Source: Promethearchaeota archaeon (GTDB taxonomy: Archaea; Asgardarchaeota; Lokiarchaeia; Sigyniarchaeales; SOKP01). Taken from it: a DNA stretch of 64,000 bases. Shown one piece after another: positions 1-10,576 of the stretch (its first letter is position 1; every line of letters starts with the position of its first letter). The stretch is from NCBI GenBank assembly GCA_016839555.1, contig JAEOUA010000011.1, forward strand, positions 32,001 through 96,000. Reading direction: 5' to 3'. A program made the translations under genes and the position numbers. Below the pieces are notes generated by a model. The model was not told the DNA's origin. It made no database searches and worked only from the letters and a program-made list of their open reading frames with translations.

Positions 1-2
1 AG

Positions 3-161
3 GATCAAGAAATTCCACCAATTGCGGATCATATAAAAATAGAATTAGCAAAGCGTTATATGAGGAGTTATGAAAGGATCACGGGATTAGAATTTAAAGC
101 TGAAGTCTCTGATATTAATGAAAGAATAAGGAAGAATTTAAAAAAGGCGAATTATTTATAA
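3..161 (+). CDS. purC: C-terminal end of SAICAR synthase (partial, runs off window start)
   Basis: Frame 3 reads DQEIPPIADHIKIELAKRYMRSYERITGLEFKAEVSDINERIRKNLKKANYL*. This resembles the PurC C-terminus (RY..YE.ITG..F), and it lies just upstream of purSQL. Confidence 0.7.
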   Translation, partial: DQEIPPIADHIKIELAKRYMRSYERITGLEFKAEVSDINERIRKNLKKANYL

Positions 162-218
162 ACATCACTCACTTATCATAAGGAAAACTATATAAATCAG
201 TTCAAAATAATTTTAATT

Positions 219-416
219 ATGTTTGATTTTATTTTATTATCTATAATTGGAGTGCTATATCTTGTGGGATTTATCTTCCTTATAGTCGATGTAATGAACT
301 TAAATAATAGAAAAAATAAAGCTAAAGATAAATCAGAGCTTCCAGTTTATATAAAACGTAGTTTTTCTTATATTTTGCTTGCATTCTTCTTAATGATCTT
401 AGTGAATATATTTTAA
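219..416 (+). CDS. Small 2-TM membrane protein of unknown function
   Basis: 65 aa ORF with two hydrophobic segments separated by a basic loop. Confidence 0.6.
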   Translation: MFDFILLSIIGVLYLVGFIFLIVDVMNLNNRKNKAKDKSELPVYIKRSFSYILLAFFLMILVNIF

Positions 417-679
417 CTAATATTTAATAATCTAAAATAAAGGAGAACAATTTATCATCAATAATTTAGAAATTTTATAATAAGATATACCCTAAAATAG
501 AAGCGCAAAACTTTAAATCCATCAAATAAATAATAATGAATTTAAATAAGGCATATATTAAAAGTTTCTCAAAAAACTTTTTTTTAATACATAAATCTAA
601 TTTTTCAGTAAATATTTTTGATAGAAATTATTTTTAAGTTAATAAGAATTAATTTAAGTATAACACCCTTTTCTTAACA

Positions 680-952
680 ATGGGATTAAGAGAATTTATA
701 GTGGAAGTAGTCTTAACAAATAAAGCTAAAGCACGAGACCCAACGGGAGAGACAATTCAGAGAGATCTATTAGCAAAAAAAGGATATGATATAGTATCGA
801 ACGTGAGATCAGGTCAATATTTAAAAATAACTTTAAAAGCTGATGAATCACAGAAAGCAAAAGATATTGTGGAGCGAATGTGCAATGAATTAAGAATATT
901 TAATCCAGTTACACAAGATTTACATATTTTAAATGTTACTGAACAAAGTTAG
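680..952 (+). CDS. purS: Phosphoribosylformylglycinamidine synthase subunit PurS
   Basis: DPTGETI, VRSG and NPV motifs; 90 aa; first gene of purSQL. Confidence 0.93.
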   Translation: MGLREFIVEVVLTNKAKARDPTGETIQRDLLAKKGYDIVSNVRSGQYLKITLKADESQKAKDIVERMCNELRIFNPVTQDLHILNVTEQS

Positions 953-957
953 ATATT

Positions 958-1668
958 ATGACTATTAAAGTAGCAGTTATCCAATTTCCAGGTTCTAATT
1001 GTGATTTGGACACATTACATATACTAAATAATGTTATTGGAATAAAAGCAGAATTAATTTGGCATAATGAATTCAATGAGGGAGAGTTTGACAGTGCTGT
1101 TTTGCCCGGAGGATTTTCTTTTGGAGATTATCTAAGATCGGGTATCATAGCAGCTCACAGCCCTGCAATAGAGCATGCCAGAAAAATGCTTAAAGATGAT
1201 AAACCAATTATTGGTATCTGTAATGGATTTCAAATTTTAACCGAGGCTCAACTTCTTCCAGGAGCATTATTAAAAAATGATAGCTTAAAATTTATCTGTA
1301 AATGGGTCAATATAAGAGTTGAGAATAATCATACGGCTTTTACAAATAGGATGCAAAAAGGAGGGATTTTAGATATTCCCATAGCTCATGGTGAGGGAAG
1401 GTATTATACCGATAAGTTAAATGAACTCAAGGAAAACGATCAAATTGTATTTAGATATGTCGATAGAAATGGGAACGCTACTGAGGTTGCCAATCCAAAT
1501 GGTTCTCTTGAAAATATAGCAGGAGTCTGCAATATCGAACGAAATTGTTTGGGTTTAATGCCACATCCTGAAAGAGCATCAGAGGAAATTTTAAGTCCAT
1601 CGGGCACTACTCATGGAAAATTATTTTTTGAATCAATGATCAATTTTATAAAAAGAGGAGGGAATTAA
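958..1668 (+). CDS. purQ: FGAM synthase glutaminase subunit PurQ
   Basis: [30 protein letters not shown] and MPHPER motifs. Confidence 0.97.
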   Translation: MTIKVAVIQFPGSNCDLDTLHILNNVIGIKAELIWHNEFNEGEFDSAVLPGGFSFGDYLRSGIIAAHSPAIEHARKMLKDDKPIIGICNGFQILTEAQLLPGALLKNDSLKFICKWVNIRVENNHTAFTNRMQKGGILDIPIAHGEGRYYTDKLNELKENDQIVFRYVDRNGNATEVANPNGSLENIAGVCNIERNCLGLMPHPERASEEILSPSGTTHGKLFFESMINFIKRGGN

Positions 1669-1672
1669 CCGA

Positions 1673-3919
1673 ATGCCGAAAGTTAAGATTGGAGACGACG
1701 AGTTAGAAGTTAATTTAACGGAGAATGAAGTGACCTATATTGAAAAAAATTTAGAAAGAGTCCCTTCTCTCACGGAATTGGGAATGTTTGACGTTATGTG
1801 GTCAGAGCATTGCTCTTATAAATCATCTCGCCCGAGATTAAAGTTATTTGAAGATGCTGAAGCAAACTATGATTATGTATTAGCAGGACCAGGACAAGAT
1901 GCAGGTGCAATAGATATCGGAGATGGCTATTGTTTAGCATTTCGTATTGAATCTCATAATCACCCCAGTGCTATTGAGCCTTACCATGGAGCTGCAACAG
2001 GTATTGGAGGGATCATTCGAGATATCTTATGTATGGGAGTGAGACCCATTGCTCTTTTGGATCCTTTACGATTTGGCCCCCTTAAGGATGATCCTCATTC
2101 GCAATGGCTCTTTAAATACGTAGTAAAGGGAATCGCGGATTACGGTAATTGTACTGGGATTCCTACAATTGGAGGAGAAGTAGAATTTGATAAAAGCTTT
2201 AGAAATAATTGCTTAGTTAATGTTGCCTGTATTGGGTTGGGCACTATAGAAGACTTTGAACACGCTCCTAGCAGAGCATATTATCCAGGAGATTATGTAG
2301 TTCTTATGGGGGGATCTACTGGTAGAGATGGGATTCATGGAGTAACTTTCGCCTCAAGAACATTGACAGAAGAATCAGAGGAAGATCGTCCCGCAGTTCA
2401 AATTGGTGATCCTTTTACAAAAAAATTAATAATTGAAGCAACCGTTGAAGCGGTGAAAACCGGTTATGTAAGAGGATTGAAAGATTTGGGAGGTGGAGGC
2501 TTATCATGTGCTCTCAGTGAATTAACAGGGGATGGAGGTACGGGAGCTAAAATAGACTTAAATAAAATATATACTCGCGAGCCAGGAATGAATTCCTACG
2601 AAATTATGCTTTCTGAATCACAAGAACGAATGGCATTTATAGTCCATCCAGAGGGATTAGAAAGAGTTTTACAAGTTTTCCAAAAATATGAAATGTCTCA
2701 TAAAGTTATTGGACAAATTGATGATTCACAGGTATTAAAGGTATATGATAATGATAAATTAGTAGTAAGTTTGCCAGCAAAAGCTTTATCCGAATCTCCC
2801 GTGATTGAGAGGGAAGAGAAAAGACCTCAGTATCTTGATGACCTATTATCGCAGAATACACCTGAATCGCCTTATAATTTAGAAGAAATTATCTATAAGT
2901 TGATTAGCTCGGAAAATATCTGTAATAAAGAATGGATTTATAGACAATATGATCATGAGGTGGGTATCCGCTCCGTAGTCAAGTGTGGAGAGGGAGATTC
3001 CGGTGTCTTACGCATTATTGGAACTGATAAATTTATTGCGGCAAGTGTGGGATGCAACTCCAAGCAATGTTATCTTGATCCTTATAATGGAGCGAAAGCA
3101 AATTTAGTGGAAGTATGTGGAAATATTATCAGTAATGGGGCAAAACCTTTAGCTATGGTAAATTGTTGTAATTTTGGAAATCCTGAAAAACCAGAATCTT
3201 ATTGGTATTTTTCTGAAGCTGTAAAAGGAATGGCCGATTTTTGTACAAAAATGCGAATTCCAGTAGTTGGAGGGAATGTGAGTTTTTATAACGAAGATGA
3301 AGTGACTAATACGGCAATTAAGCCTACACCGACGATAATGATGGTGGGATTAATTAATGGAAAAGAAAATATCATCACATTACCTTTTAAAAAGGCAGGT
3401 GATAACATATTTTTAATTGGAAAGACAAAAGCAGAACTTGGAGGCTCTGAATATCATGCTGTTATTCATAACATCGAGGGAGGAAAGCCTCCTGAAGTAG
3501 GAGAGGAAACAATAAAGGCTACATGGAATTTCATTAAGTATCTTTACGGAGAAAAATTAATAAAAGCTAATCATGATGTTAATAAGGGAGGATTCTTAAT
3601 AACCGTCGTAGAGATGTGCTTTAAAAATGATTTAGGAGCAAAGTTAGATTTAAAAAATTATGCTAATGAATCTTTACGAGAAGATGAATTTCTTTTTAGT
3701 GAAAGTGTGGGTAGATTTATAATAGAAAGCGACCCAGAACATTATGACACGATAATGGAAAAAGCGACCTTCTATCAAGTTGAAGTAAAAAAGATTGGAG
3801 AAATAACTTCTGAACCGAAATTAAGAATAATCAACTTCAATGGAAAAGAAATAATAATCGATATTAGCAAAATTAAAGAAACTTATGATTCTACAATCCC
3901 AAACATGATGGAAATCTAA
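1673..3919 (+). CDS. purL: FGAM synthase subunit PurL
   Basis: MWSEHCSYKSS, ESHNHPS, DLGGGG, SESQERM and GGNVSFYN motifs. Confidence 0.98.
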   Translation: MPKVKIGDDELEVNLTENEVTYIEKNLERVPSLTELGMFDVMWSEHCSYKSSRPRLKLFEDAEANYDYVLAGPGQDAGAIDIGDGYCLAFRIESHNHPSAIEPYHGAATGIGGIIRDILCMGVRPIALLDPLRFGPLKDDPHSQWLFKYVVKGIADYGNCTGIPTIGGEVEFDKSFRNNCLVNVACIGLGTIEDFEHAPSRAYYPGDYVVLMGGSTGRDGIHGVTFASRTLTEESEEDRPAVQIGDPFTKKLIIEATVEAVKTGYVRGLKDLGGGGLSCALSELTGDGGTGAKIDLNKIYTREPGMNSYEIMLSESQERMAFIVHPEGLERVLQVFQKYEMSHKVIGQIDDSQVLKVYDNDKLVVSLPAKALSESPVIEREEKRPQYLDDLLSQNTPESPYNLEEIIYKLISSENICNKEWIYRQYDHEVGIRSVVKCGEGDSGVLRIIGTDKFIAASVGCNSKQCYLDPYNGAKANLVEVCGNIISNGAKPLAMVNCCNFGNPEKPESYWYFSEAVKGMADFCTKMRIPVVGGNVSFYNEDEVTNTAIKPTPTIMMVGLINGKENIITLPFKKAGDNIFLIGKTKAELGGSEYHAVIHNIEGGKPPEVGEETIKATWNFIKYLYGEKLIKANHDVNKGGFLITVVEMCFKNDLGAKLDLKNYANESLREDEFLFSESVGRFIIESDPEHYDTIMEKATFYQVEVKKIGEITSEPKLRIINFNGKEIIIDISKIKETYDSTIPNMMEI

Positions 3920-4029
3920 TTTTTGCTAAAAAATCTACAATTTTTTTACAAAATTTTTAGACAAATATAAAAAACTTTAAAGCTTATAGATTAATAATTA
4001 TTTAGTAAAGTTATAAATAATTAGGTGAA

Positions 4030-4212
4030 ATGATAATGGTACGAGCAAGGGCATGTACAGGTTGTCGAGAATACGTTATAATCAAAGCAGATGATCCAGA
4101 AAATATAAACCTCTTGAAAGAATTCGAAGCTGAACATAGAGGGCATATGCTTATTACTCTAAATTTTGACGAAATTAAAGGAGCATACAGAAAATATAAA
4201 GGATCAGAATAA
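4030..4212 (+). CDS. Small putative zinc-binding protein (CxxC...HxxH)
   Basis: CTGC and HRGH motifs in 60 aa; GGTGA Shine-Dalgarno-like sequence before the start. Confidence 0.7.
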   Translation: MIMVRARACTGCREYVIIKADDPENINLLKEFEAEHRGHMLITLNFDEIKGAYRKYKGSE

Positions 4213-4578
4213 GACTAATTTTCGCAACCAATTATATCCATAAATTATTAGTTGCTTATAAAAAGGTAAAAAAATTAAAAAACATTTAATTATTGAATCC
4301 TTTCATCTTTATTTTTATTTTCATAATAATATTAATTATAATAGGGTTTGGAATTATTACTTATTCTAAGGGGAGATATCAGTTATTAACTCTTATTATA
4401 AATATAATCATCGTTAAATTACTCGTTTCATGAAGATGCATCTATATGATCAGAATATATACATATTACCTATATTCATAATTAGAATTCTAAGGGAAAT
4501 ATAAATATCATTAAGAATGTAAAATAATGAGTAAAATAACAACTGAATTTAATAAACGAAAGCGTAAAAAAAGTATCT

Positions 4579-4785
4579 CTAAGAAAGGACTTCTAAAATT
4601 TTAGTCAATATACGAGCCTTTCCTCCCGTAGATTGTAAGAGTGTTTTTCCACAGACTAAGCATTCGACATCGTGAGCTGCGCAGCCAAAAATAATTTGAT
4701 TATTACCGCAGTTTAAACATTTTACTCTTAAAAATCTGCTATTTGGATGTGGGATTAGCTTCTTAATTTTCTTTTTTTCTATCAT
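4579..4785 (-). CDS. rps27e: 30S ribosomal protein S27e (eS27)
   Basis: [13 protein letters not shown]...CLVCG...STGGKA zinc ribbon. Confidence 0.96.
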   Translation of the reverse strand: MIEKKKIKKLIPHPNSRFLRVKCLNCGNNQIIFGCAAHDVECLVCGKTLLQSTGGKARILTKILEVLS

Positions 4786-4944
4786 ATCTGATAATAAATT
4801 GTTGATTGCTTATAACTTATTTCTTAAAAATATTGGTAAAATAATAATTTTTTCATTTGGAAAGTAAGTATTATGTATTAATACAATTAACGCTAATTTT
4901 AAATGAGACCCAATTATTTTTAATTTTAATCGTTAAAATTATAT

Positions 4945-6009
4945 TTAGAAAGCATATTTTTTCCTAACTTTATTAATCACTTTGGTGGTTCTTTGTAGTA
5001 ATTCAAAAGCAAGCTGAGGAGGACTCCATGAAGATACTCCACAATCAGGCCCCACAAATTTCAACCGATCTTTATAATGCCCTAGTGCAAATTTAAGATT
5101 TTTTTCTATAGTTTCTTCAGAATCGATTAGGAGACGCTTGCCTTCAAAGGATTTCAATTTATCTTGAGGAGTTCCTGCATCTAAAGCTTCTGCTGTGATG
5201 TTATCTATATTGGTTCTTGTGATTCCAACTCTGATAAATTTATCATAATTATCAAATTCTCTTTTCGAAATAATATTTGAATGATCTCCGGCATATTCAC
5301 ATGTGATAACCTCAATATTTTTACTCTGTAGAGCTATATCAGCGTGATTGAGTGTATGAAGATGGATTTGAGTAATACAATTTATATTTTCTAAAGATTT
5401 ATCAAAAATTGCAATTAAATCATCTTTAGACACATTAAAAAGATCCACGAATCCAAAAGAAGGTTCATCAATAGATATGGTTGAGGTATTGATAAATTTA
5501 TCATTAAAAATGGAATTTTTTAGGAACCTATTAACTGTCTTAGAATAATTTAATGCTAAGTCTTTATATAACGTAAAGGAATGGTCTTTTATATATAGTT
5601 CAATCGGACCTGTTATACATAGCTTAATATTTAATGGCTCTCCAGTTTCATTAAAATAGTCCTTGGCAAATTGCTGCAATATAAGACTTTCGGAAATAAA
5701 TGCCTTATCCTTTTCAATAAGCCCAGGCTCTGTTTCATATTCTTTTAGGGGCTTTAAAAATTGAGTATACATATCCATATGCTGCGGATAATTAATGATT
5801 TCTACTCCAGCCTTCTGTTTTAACTTAAAAGATTCCAAAAAGGGATTAATGTAATAATTTTTAATTCCTTGATTTTCATAGACATCTTTAACGCTACTAT
5901 TAATTAAGGCTTTATAAGCGGTCCAATAAAATCTCTGAAATACTTCTCTATCAATATTTTCTGGCAGAGGAAAACTGCCTACATCGTCGTATAATAGAAA
6001 ATCCTTCAT
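4945..6009 (-). CDS. Core (single-domain) cobalamin-independent methionine synthase family protein
   Basis: DDVGSFPLP, ITGP, IDEPS, IHLH and VGPDCG motifs of the MetE C-terminal barrel. Confidence 0.75.
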   Translation of the reverse strand: MKDFLLYDDVGSFPLPENIDREVFQRFYWTAYKALINSSVKDVYENQGIKNYYINPFLESFKLKQKAGVEIINYPQHMDMYTQFLKPLKEYETEPGLIEKDKAFISESLILQQFAKDYFNETGEPLNIKLCITGPIELYIKDHSFTLYKDLALNYSKTVNRFLKNSIFNDKFINTSTISIDEPSFGFVDLFNVSKDDLIAIFDKSLENINCITQIHLHTLNHADIALQSKNIEVITCEYAGDHSNIISKREFDNYDKFIRVGITRTNIDNITAEALDAGTPQDKLKSFEGKRLLIDSEETIEKNLKFALGHYKDRLKFVGPDCGVSSWSPPQLAFELLQRTTKVINKVRKKYAF

Positions 6010-6286
6010 TTCATTTTAATTATAATTCAATAATAATATAAATTATATCACTAAATATTTTATCCAAAAAAAGCTTAAACAAATAAATCCAATAATTATT
6101 TATATTGCTTTTACATTAGAAGCGGAAGAAATTCATTCTCTTTCTTTTTGCTTGAGAAAACCCGAAATTGGAATAAAAATAAATTTATAATTCAACTCTA
6201 AATAATGCTTTTATAAAAAATATTTCAAGAGAAGGAGTTTAATTCTATAAAATTGAGATTAGAAGAACAGATTAAATCAATTCTTT

Positions 6287-6568
6287 TTAGACTTGCTGGA
6301 GCTCGAATCTTTTCACACGATAGGATTTTCCATAATGCATTTTTCTGCATTCAGAACATTCAAAAAGAAGCAAGGTCTTTTTGTTTATTTTGGCGTTTTT
6401 ATGAAAGATCTCTTTTGGAAAACTCCCGTAACCCTTTTTTTTTCGCTCTACTCTTCTTCTACCTTGATTTAGCATCCGCTCTTTTCCCTTTTTATAAATA
6501 CTTACAGTATGTTTCGTGTGTTTGAAGCAATATGGACAGTAACGATTAACTTCTTTTGGATATTTCAT
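6287..6568 (-). CDS. rpl44e: 50S ribosomal protein L44e (eL42)
   Basis: YCPYCFKHTKH, GYG and CSEC motifs. Confidence 0.95.
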   Translation of the reverse strand: MKYPKEVNRYCPYCFKHTKHTVSIYKKGKERMLNQGRRRVERKKKGYGSFPKEIFHKNAKINKKTLLLFECSECRKMHYGKSYRVKRFELQQV

Positions 6569-6751
6569 TGTTTGCTTTCTTATTAATTCTTTTTACAAAT
6601 TATTATTTAATAGTATAATGAGCATAATTTTAAATTCTTTTTTATTTAACATAATCTTTAAGAAGGTAAGGAAATTTTAATAACAAAGAATTTAAAACTT
6701 CCCACAAACATAAAGATTAAGAAAACAAAATAATAAAAATAAAATTTTAAG

Positions 6752-7669
6752 ATGTTTAGGGAGAAGTTTAAAGAAGGGATAATTTCAGCTCGAGATTTTA
6801 CCAGAGAAGATATTGAATATCTTCTTAAAAGAGGACACGAAATGATGGAAGTCCAGAGCTCAGATATTCTTTCAGGAAAAATATTAGCTACATTATTTTT
6901 TGAACCTTCGACTAGAACACGGTTAAGTTTTGAATCAGCTATGCACCGTTTGGGTGGGAAAGTTATTGGATTTCAATCTGAAGATGTATCATCGGTAAAA
7001 AAAGGTGAAAGTTTAGCAGATACAATTAGGACAGTTCAGAGTTATTCTGATATAATTGTTATTCGTCATCCTATGGAGGGGGCTGCCAAAATGGCTACAA
7101 GATTTGCTGATATTCCCATAATAAATGCAGGTTCCGGGAGCAAAGAGCATCCAACACAAGCACTTTTAGATTTATTAACCATTAAAGAAGAATTAGGCAG
7201 ATTGGATGGATTAAATATTGGAATTATGGGAGATTTAAAATATGGCCGAACAGTTCATTCACTTGCAATGTTATTATCAAATTTTGAAGTTAATCTTTAT
7301 TTTATAAGCCCTAAGGAATTACAAATGAGAAATAGGTATAAACAATATTTAATTCAACAAAGAGAGGTTAAATTTAAGGAAATTACAAATTATAGAAAAA
7401 TTTTAAATGTTTTAGATGTTCTATATATGACACGAATTCAAAAAGAAAGATTTGTAGATATGGAAGAATATGAGCGTGTTAAGGATTTTTATGTATTTAA
7501 GAAAAAAGATTTAAAGCAAACACAACCTCACTTTAAATTAATGCATCCATTACCTCGAATCACGGAAATCCCACCTGAAATTGATAAATCTGAAAAAGCA
7601 ATCTATTTCAAGCAAACCAATTATGGATTACACATGCGAAAAGCTATCCTTGCTGAACTTTTATCTTAA
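6752..7669 (+). CDS. pyrB: Aspartate carbamoyltransferase catalytic subunit
   Basis: FFEPSTRTRLSF, HPTQ, GDLKYGRTVHS, RIQKER and MHPLPR motifs. Confidence 0.97.
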   Translation: MFREKFKEGIISARDFTREDIEYLLKRGHEMMEVQSSDILSGKILATLFFEPSTRTRLSFESAMHRLGGKVIGFQSEDVSSVKKGESLADTIRTVQSYSDIIVIRHPMEGAAKMATRFADIPIINAGSGSKEHPTQALLDLLTIKEELGRLDGLNIGIMGDLKYGRTVHSLAMLLSNFEVNLYFISPKELQMRNRYKQYLIQQREVKFKEITNYRKILNVLDVLYMTRIQKERFVDMEEYERVKDFYVFKKKDLKQTQPHFKLMHPLPRITEIPPEIDKSEKAIYFKQTNYGLHMRKAILAELLS

Positions 7670-7742
7670 TATGAATTAATAAGAGCTATATTATACGAGC
7701 CGTGCTTTATTTTTTTTAAGTAATTTCTTATGGCTTATTTTA

Positions 7743-9716
7743 TTAACTACAATTAAACTTAAAAGCGGGCAATTTAAAATCTAAAATTTGGTCTATGATA
7801 AAGTTGAGATTCTTAGATGTTTTTTGATCAAAATTAATTTCAAATAATGACCCTCCATCTAAAAAATCACTAAATTTTTTATAAAGAGCCATTTTCTGTT
7901 TCAGAGTTAAATTAGTATCTTCTCTTATTAAATTATATGAAGTAGGATTTAATTGAGTAGTATGATAGGTATTATTTCGATCGTGAATATAATTAAGAAA
8001 ATTTTCGTTATGAGGTTGAGTTAAGCAAAAATTTTCATTTTCTTTACGGTTCTCCTCAGATATTTTTTTATTTATAAATTTTAAGATATTCAGAGCAAAT
8101 TCTTGACTTTCCTTCATTCTATCAAGTTCAATTCCACAATGATAATTAACTGCCATATTTAACCCAATAAAACTAATTGATTTAATTGCTTCATTTAATA
8201 AATCATCTGAATTCAAATTGTTGTATTGTTTACAAATATCACTCCATTCGTTTAACTTGTTCAATTTTTCTTTTATAAAATATTCCTTATAAGAAAATAA
8301 TTCAAAAACAGAATTGAGTCGATTTTCTAAGCTTGTAAAAAATAACTCATCATCTTGTTTTGCTTCTAAAGATAATTCATATAAATCGACAAAAATTTTA
8401 TCTAATATAATTTTTAATTGGCTTATTATATTTTTTTCATTTATATTCAAATTAATAAGCTGTGAATTTAAGAAATTGGATTTTCCCCTAAAAAAAATAA
8501 GATTATTAATAAAATCTTTCTTAAAATAATTTAAAAATCTTGTTAACCTCTCTTTTCCACCAAATTGAGTATAATCAATAAAGAGTAAAGCTGGGCTATT
8601 TTCTTGTCTACAGTTGCTTCCCATATAATCATAAAAACTCTTAATAATATTAGGATAAGAATTGAATTTGAATGGTTCTTCAGAAGGAAGAAGACTTTGT
8701 TTTAAATCAATTCTAATATTTAATTTTAAATTCGAGTTATTATGCAAAAAATGTAGATGAGACCATAAAAAATTCATATAATAATTGAAAGAATTACTAT
8801 TTTTATCAAAACAATTTAATAACTCATCAAAATCTATCATTAAAAGCTGATCAGAAAAACAGGAACTAATTTTAATAAGATTGTTAAAAAAAGGGAGGAT
8901 TTTATGTACCCCCATATCTTTTTCTGATGGAATAAGATTATTCTTAAATAAAGGGATTATATTAACATAAATACTTAATGGTTTTAATGCCCAATAATTT
9001 AAATGTAATAATATAATTTTTCTGGATAAATATAAATCTGCCAAATGTTTAGGCAGGAGATTTAGTAAAAGGAATTGCTCGGAGACTTCTGACCCCAGTT
9101 TATTTATAAATTCGTTTGGATTAATAAGAGCACTATTAAATAATTTAAAAGTGTCATAGGGTGGAACTCCTAATCGAGTTAATTTATGACGGACTTCTTC
9201 TAAACCTTCTTCTACTAATATAACATTCACGAATTCTCTGATTAATGGGGTTGTCAAATATTCTATGTTTGTTTGAGATAATCTCTTTTTTACGATATTT
9301 GCTATTTTTTCTGCTAAAAAAGTATTAAGATTTGCCTCTCGAATTAAAAAATTTTTTACTTTTTTAATATCAAATGGCTCAGTAGAATATTTCGAAGTAC
9401 GTATGACACGCGGCTTATTTGAACCAGAAAGAATGCTTTCTATGGTCAGAATTTCTTTTAAAATCTTTCTTCCTAATGCTGTGATAAGATATCCTTGCTC
9501 TTGTGAGGAGTATTTTATTAATTTCGCGTCTTTTAGTGTGTTTAAATGATATGATAGATTTATAGAATGCGGATCACGGGCTAATTCTTTTTCAATCTCC
9601 GAAAACATCAGACTTCTATTAGAGAGAGATAATGCTTTTAATACATCCAATCTGATTGTCTGACCCAATGTTTTCAATTGCTTTTCTAAAAGTGTCGGAA
9701 TTCTGTCGGATTCCAT
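7743..9716 (-). CDS. Winged-HTH + ATP-cone + degenerate class III ribonucleotide reductase (NrdD)-like protein
   Basis: N-terminal ArsR-like wHTH (RLDVLKAL..FSEI..LSYHLNTL..LI..GYLIT). ATP-cone (IRTS..EPFD..K..LIREA..YLTTPLIRE). NrdD-like segments TRLGVPPYD, SISFIGLNMAVNYHCG and LDGG. Ends without a Zn ribbon or glycyl-radical loop. Confidence 0.8.
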   Translation of the reverse strand: MESDRIPTLLEKQLKTLGQTIRLDVLKALSLSNRSLMFSEIEKELARDPHSINLSYHLNTLKDAKLIKYSSQEQGYLITALGRKILKEILTIESILSGSNKPRVIRTSKYSTEPFDIKKVKNFLIREANLNTFLAEKIANIVKKRLSQTNIEYLTTPLIREFVNVILVEEGLEEVRHKLTRLGVPPYDTFKLFNSALINPNEFINKLGSEVSEQFLLLNLLPKHLADLYLSRKIILLHLNYWALKPLSIYVNIIPLFKNNLIPSEKDMGVHKILPFFNNLIKISSCFSDQLLMIDFDELLNCFDKNSNSFNYYMNFLWSHLHFLHNNSNLKLNIRIDLKQSLLPSEEPFKFNSYPNIIKSFYDYMGSNCRQENSPALLFIDYTQFGGKERLTRFLNYFKKDFINNLIFFRGKSNFLNSQLINLNINEKNIISQLKIILDKIFVDLYELSLEAKQDDELFFTSLENRLNSVFELFSYKEYFIKEKLNKLNEWSDICKQYNNLNSDDLLNEAIKSISFIGLNMAVNYHCGIELDRMKESQEFALNILKFINKKISEENRKENENFCLTQPHNENFLNYIHDRNNTYHTTQLNPTSYNLIREDTNLTLKQKMALYKKFSDFLDGGSLFEINFDQKTSKNLNFIIDQILDFKLPAFKFNCS

Positions 9717-9956
9717 TATAATTTTCTTAGGATAATATAATTAGAAATATATCTTATGGAATAATATATGTCTTAATTATATAAAAATTTACTCATCAAA
9801 ATACTATGTCAATAATGCTAATAATATCTCGGTGATATTATAGAATCATTATAAAAATATTTGGGAAAGAATGAGTAGTTGAAAATATAAAATGGAAATT
9901 CTTTCAAAAAATGGTATTATCTAATCTATATAAGAATTTGATAAAAAAAGATTAAT

Positions 9957-10571
9957 TCAGCGAGCAGATAAAGCTATACGTTCGACTTCATCTTTTTTCT
10001 TCACTGCTTGGGATTGCTGACTATTATTAGCAGCAGCAATTAATTCTTGAGCAACATTTTCCGCGAAAGGTTTAATATTAGCATGACTTTTTTTCCCAAT
10101 AGCTTGGACGAGGTATTTTATTGCTAAATCTACTCGTCTCTGAGGCGCTACATCGACTGCTGAAGAATAAGAAATGCCTCCCATAGCAATTCGGGTCACT
10201 TCCTCGCGGGGAGCACTGTTAGATATCGCATAAACCAAAATTTGTATTGGGTTTTTTCCTGTTTTTAATTCGATAAGCGAAAATGCATCTTTTATTATAG
10301 TTAGAATATGATTCTTTTTACCAGAATGATAAGAACTCTTATGTCCCTTGATTTTTGATCCCATAAAACCTGGTGCTAATAATCGATTTATTAATCTTTC
10401 CACTATCGATACTTTTTTAGTTTTCCAAAAGGTCTTTTTATCGTGTCTCCCACAGCTATGAGGTATTATGACTGGGGTTAAATTTATATATCTTTCGAGC
10501 GTCCAATCTGGAATTTCAATGTTTTCAAATGACCATTTATTAAATAGTTTAATTTCACTTTTTTCTGCCAT
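9957..10571 (-). CDS. rps7: 30S ribosomal protein S7 (uS7)
   Basis: IVERLINRL, NSAPREE, VDVAPQRRVD and ERIALSAR motifs. Confidence 0.97.
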   Translation of the reverse strand: MAEKSEIKLFNKWSFENIEIPDWTLERYINLTPVIIPHSCGRHDKKTFWKTKKVSIVERLINRLLAPGFMGSKIKGHKSSYHSGKKNHILTIIKDAFSLIELKTGKNPIQILVYAISNSAPREEVTRIAMGGISYSSAVDVAPQRRVDLAIKYLVQAIGKKSHANIKPFAENVAQELIAAANNSQQSQAVKKKDEVERIALSAR

Positions 10572-10576
10572 GATAC

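Noticed and set aside
6253-6525. Plus-strand 90-aa ORF and the many other short ORFs in the track that overlap larger genes (e.g. 8314, 10641, 13452, 14595, 24172, 36968, 44311)
   Set aside because: They are antisense or alternate-frame shadows of well-supported genes and have no motifs of their own.
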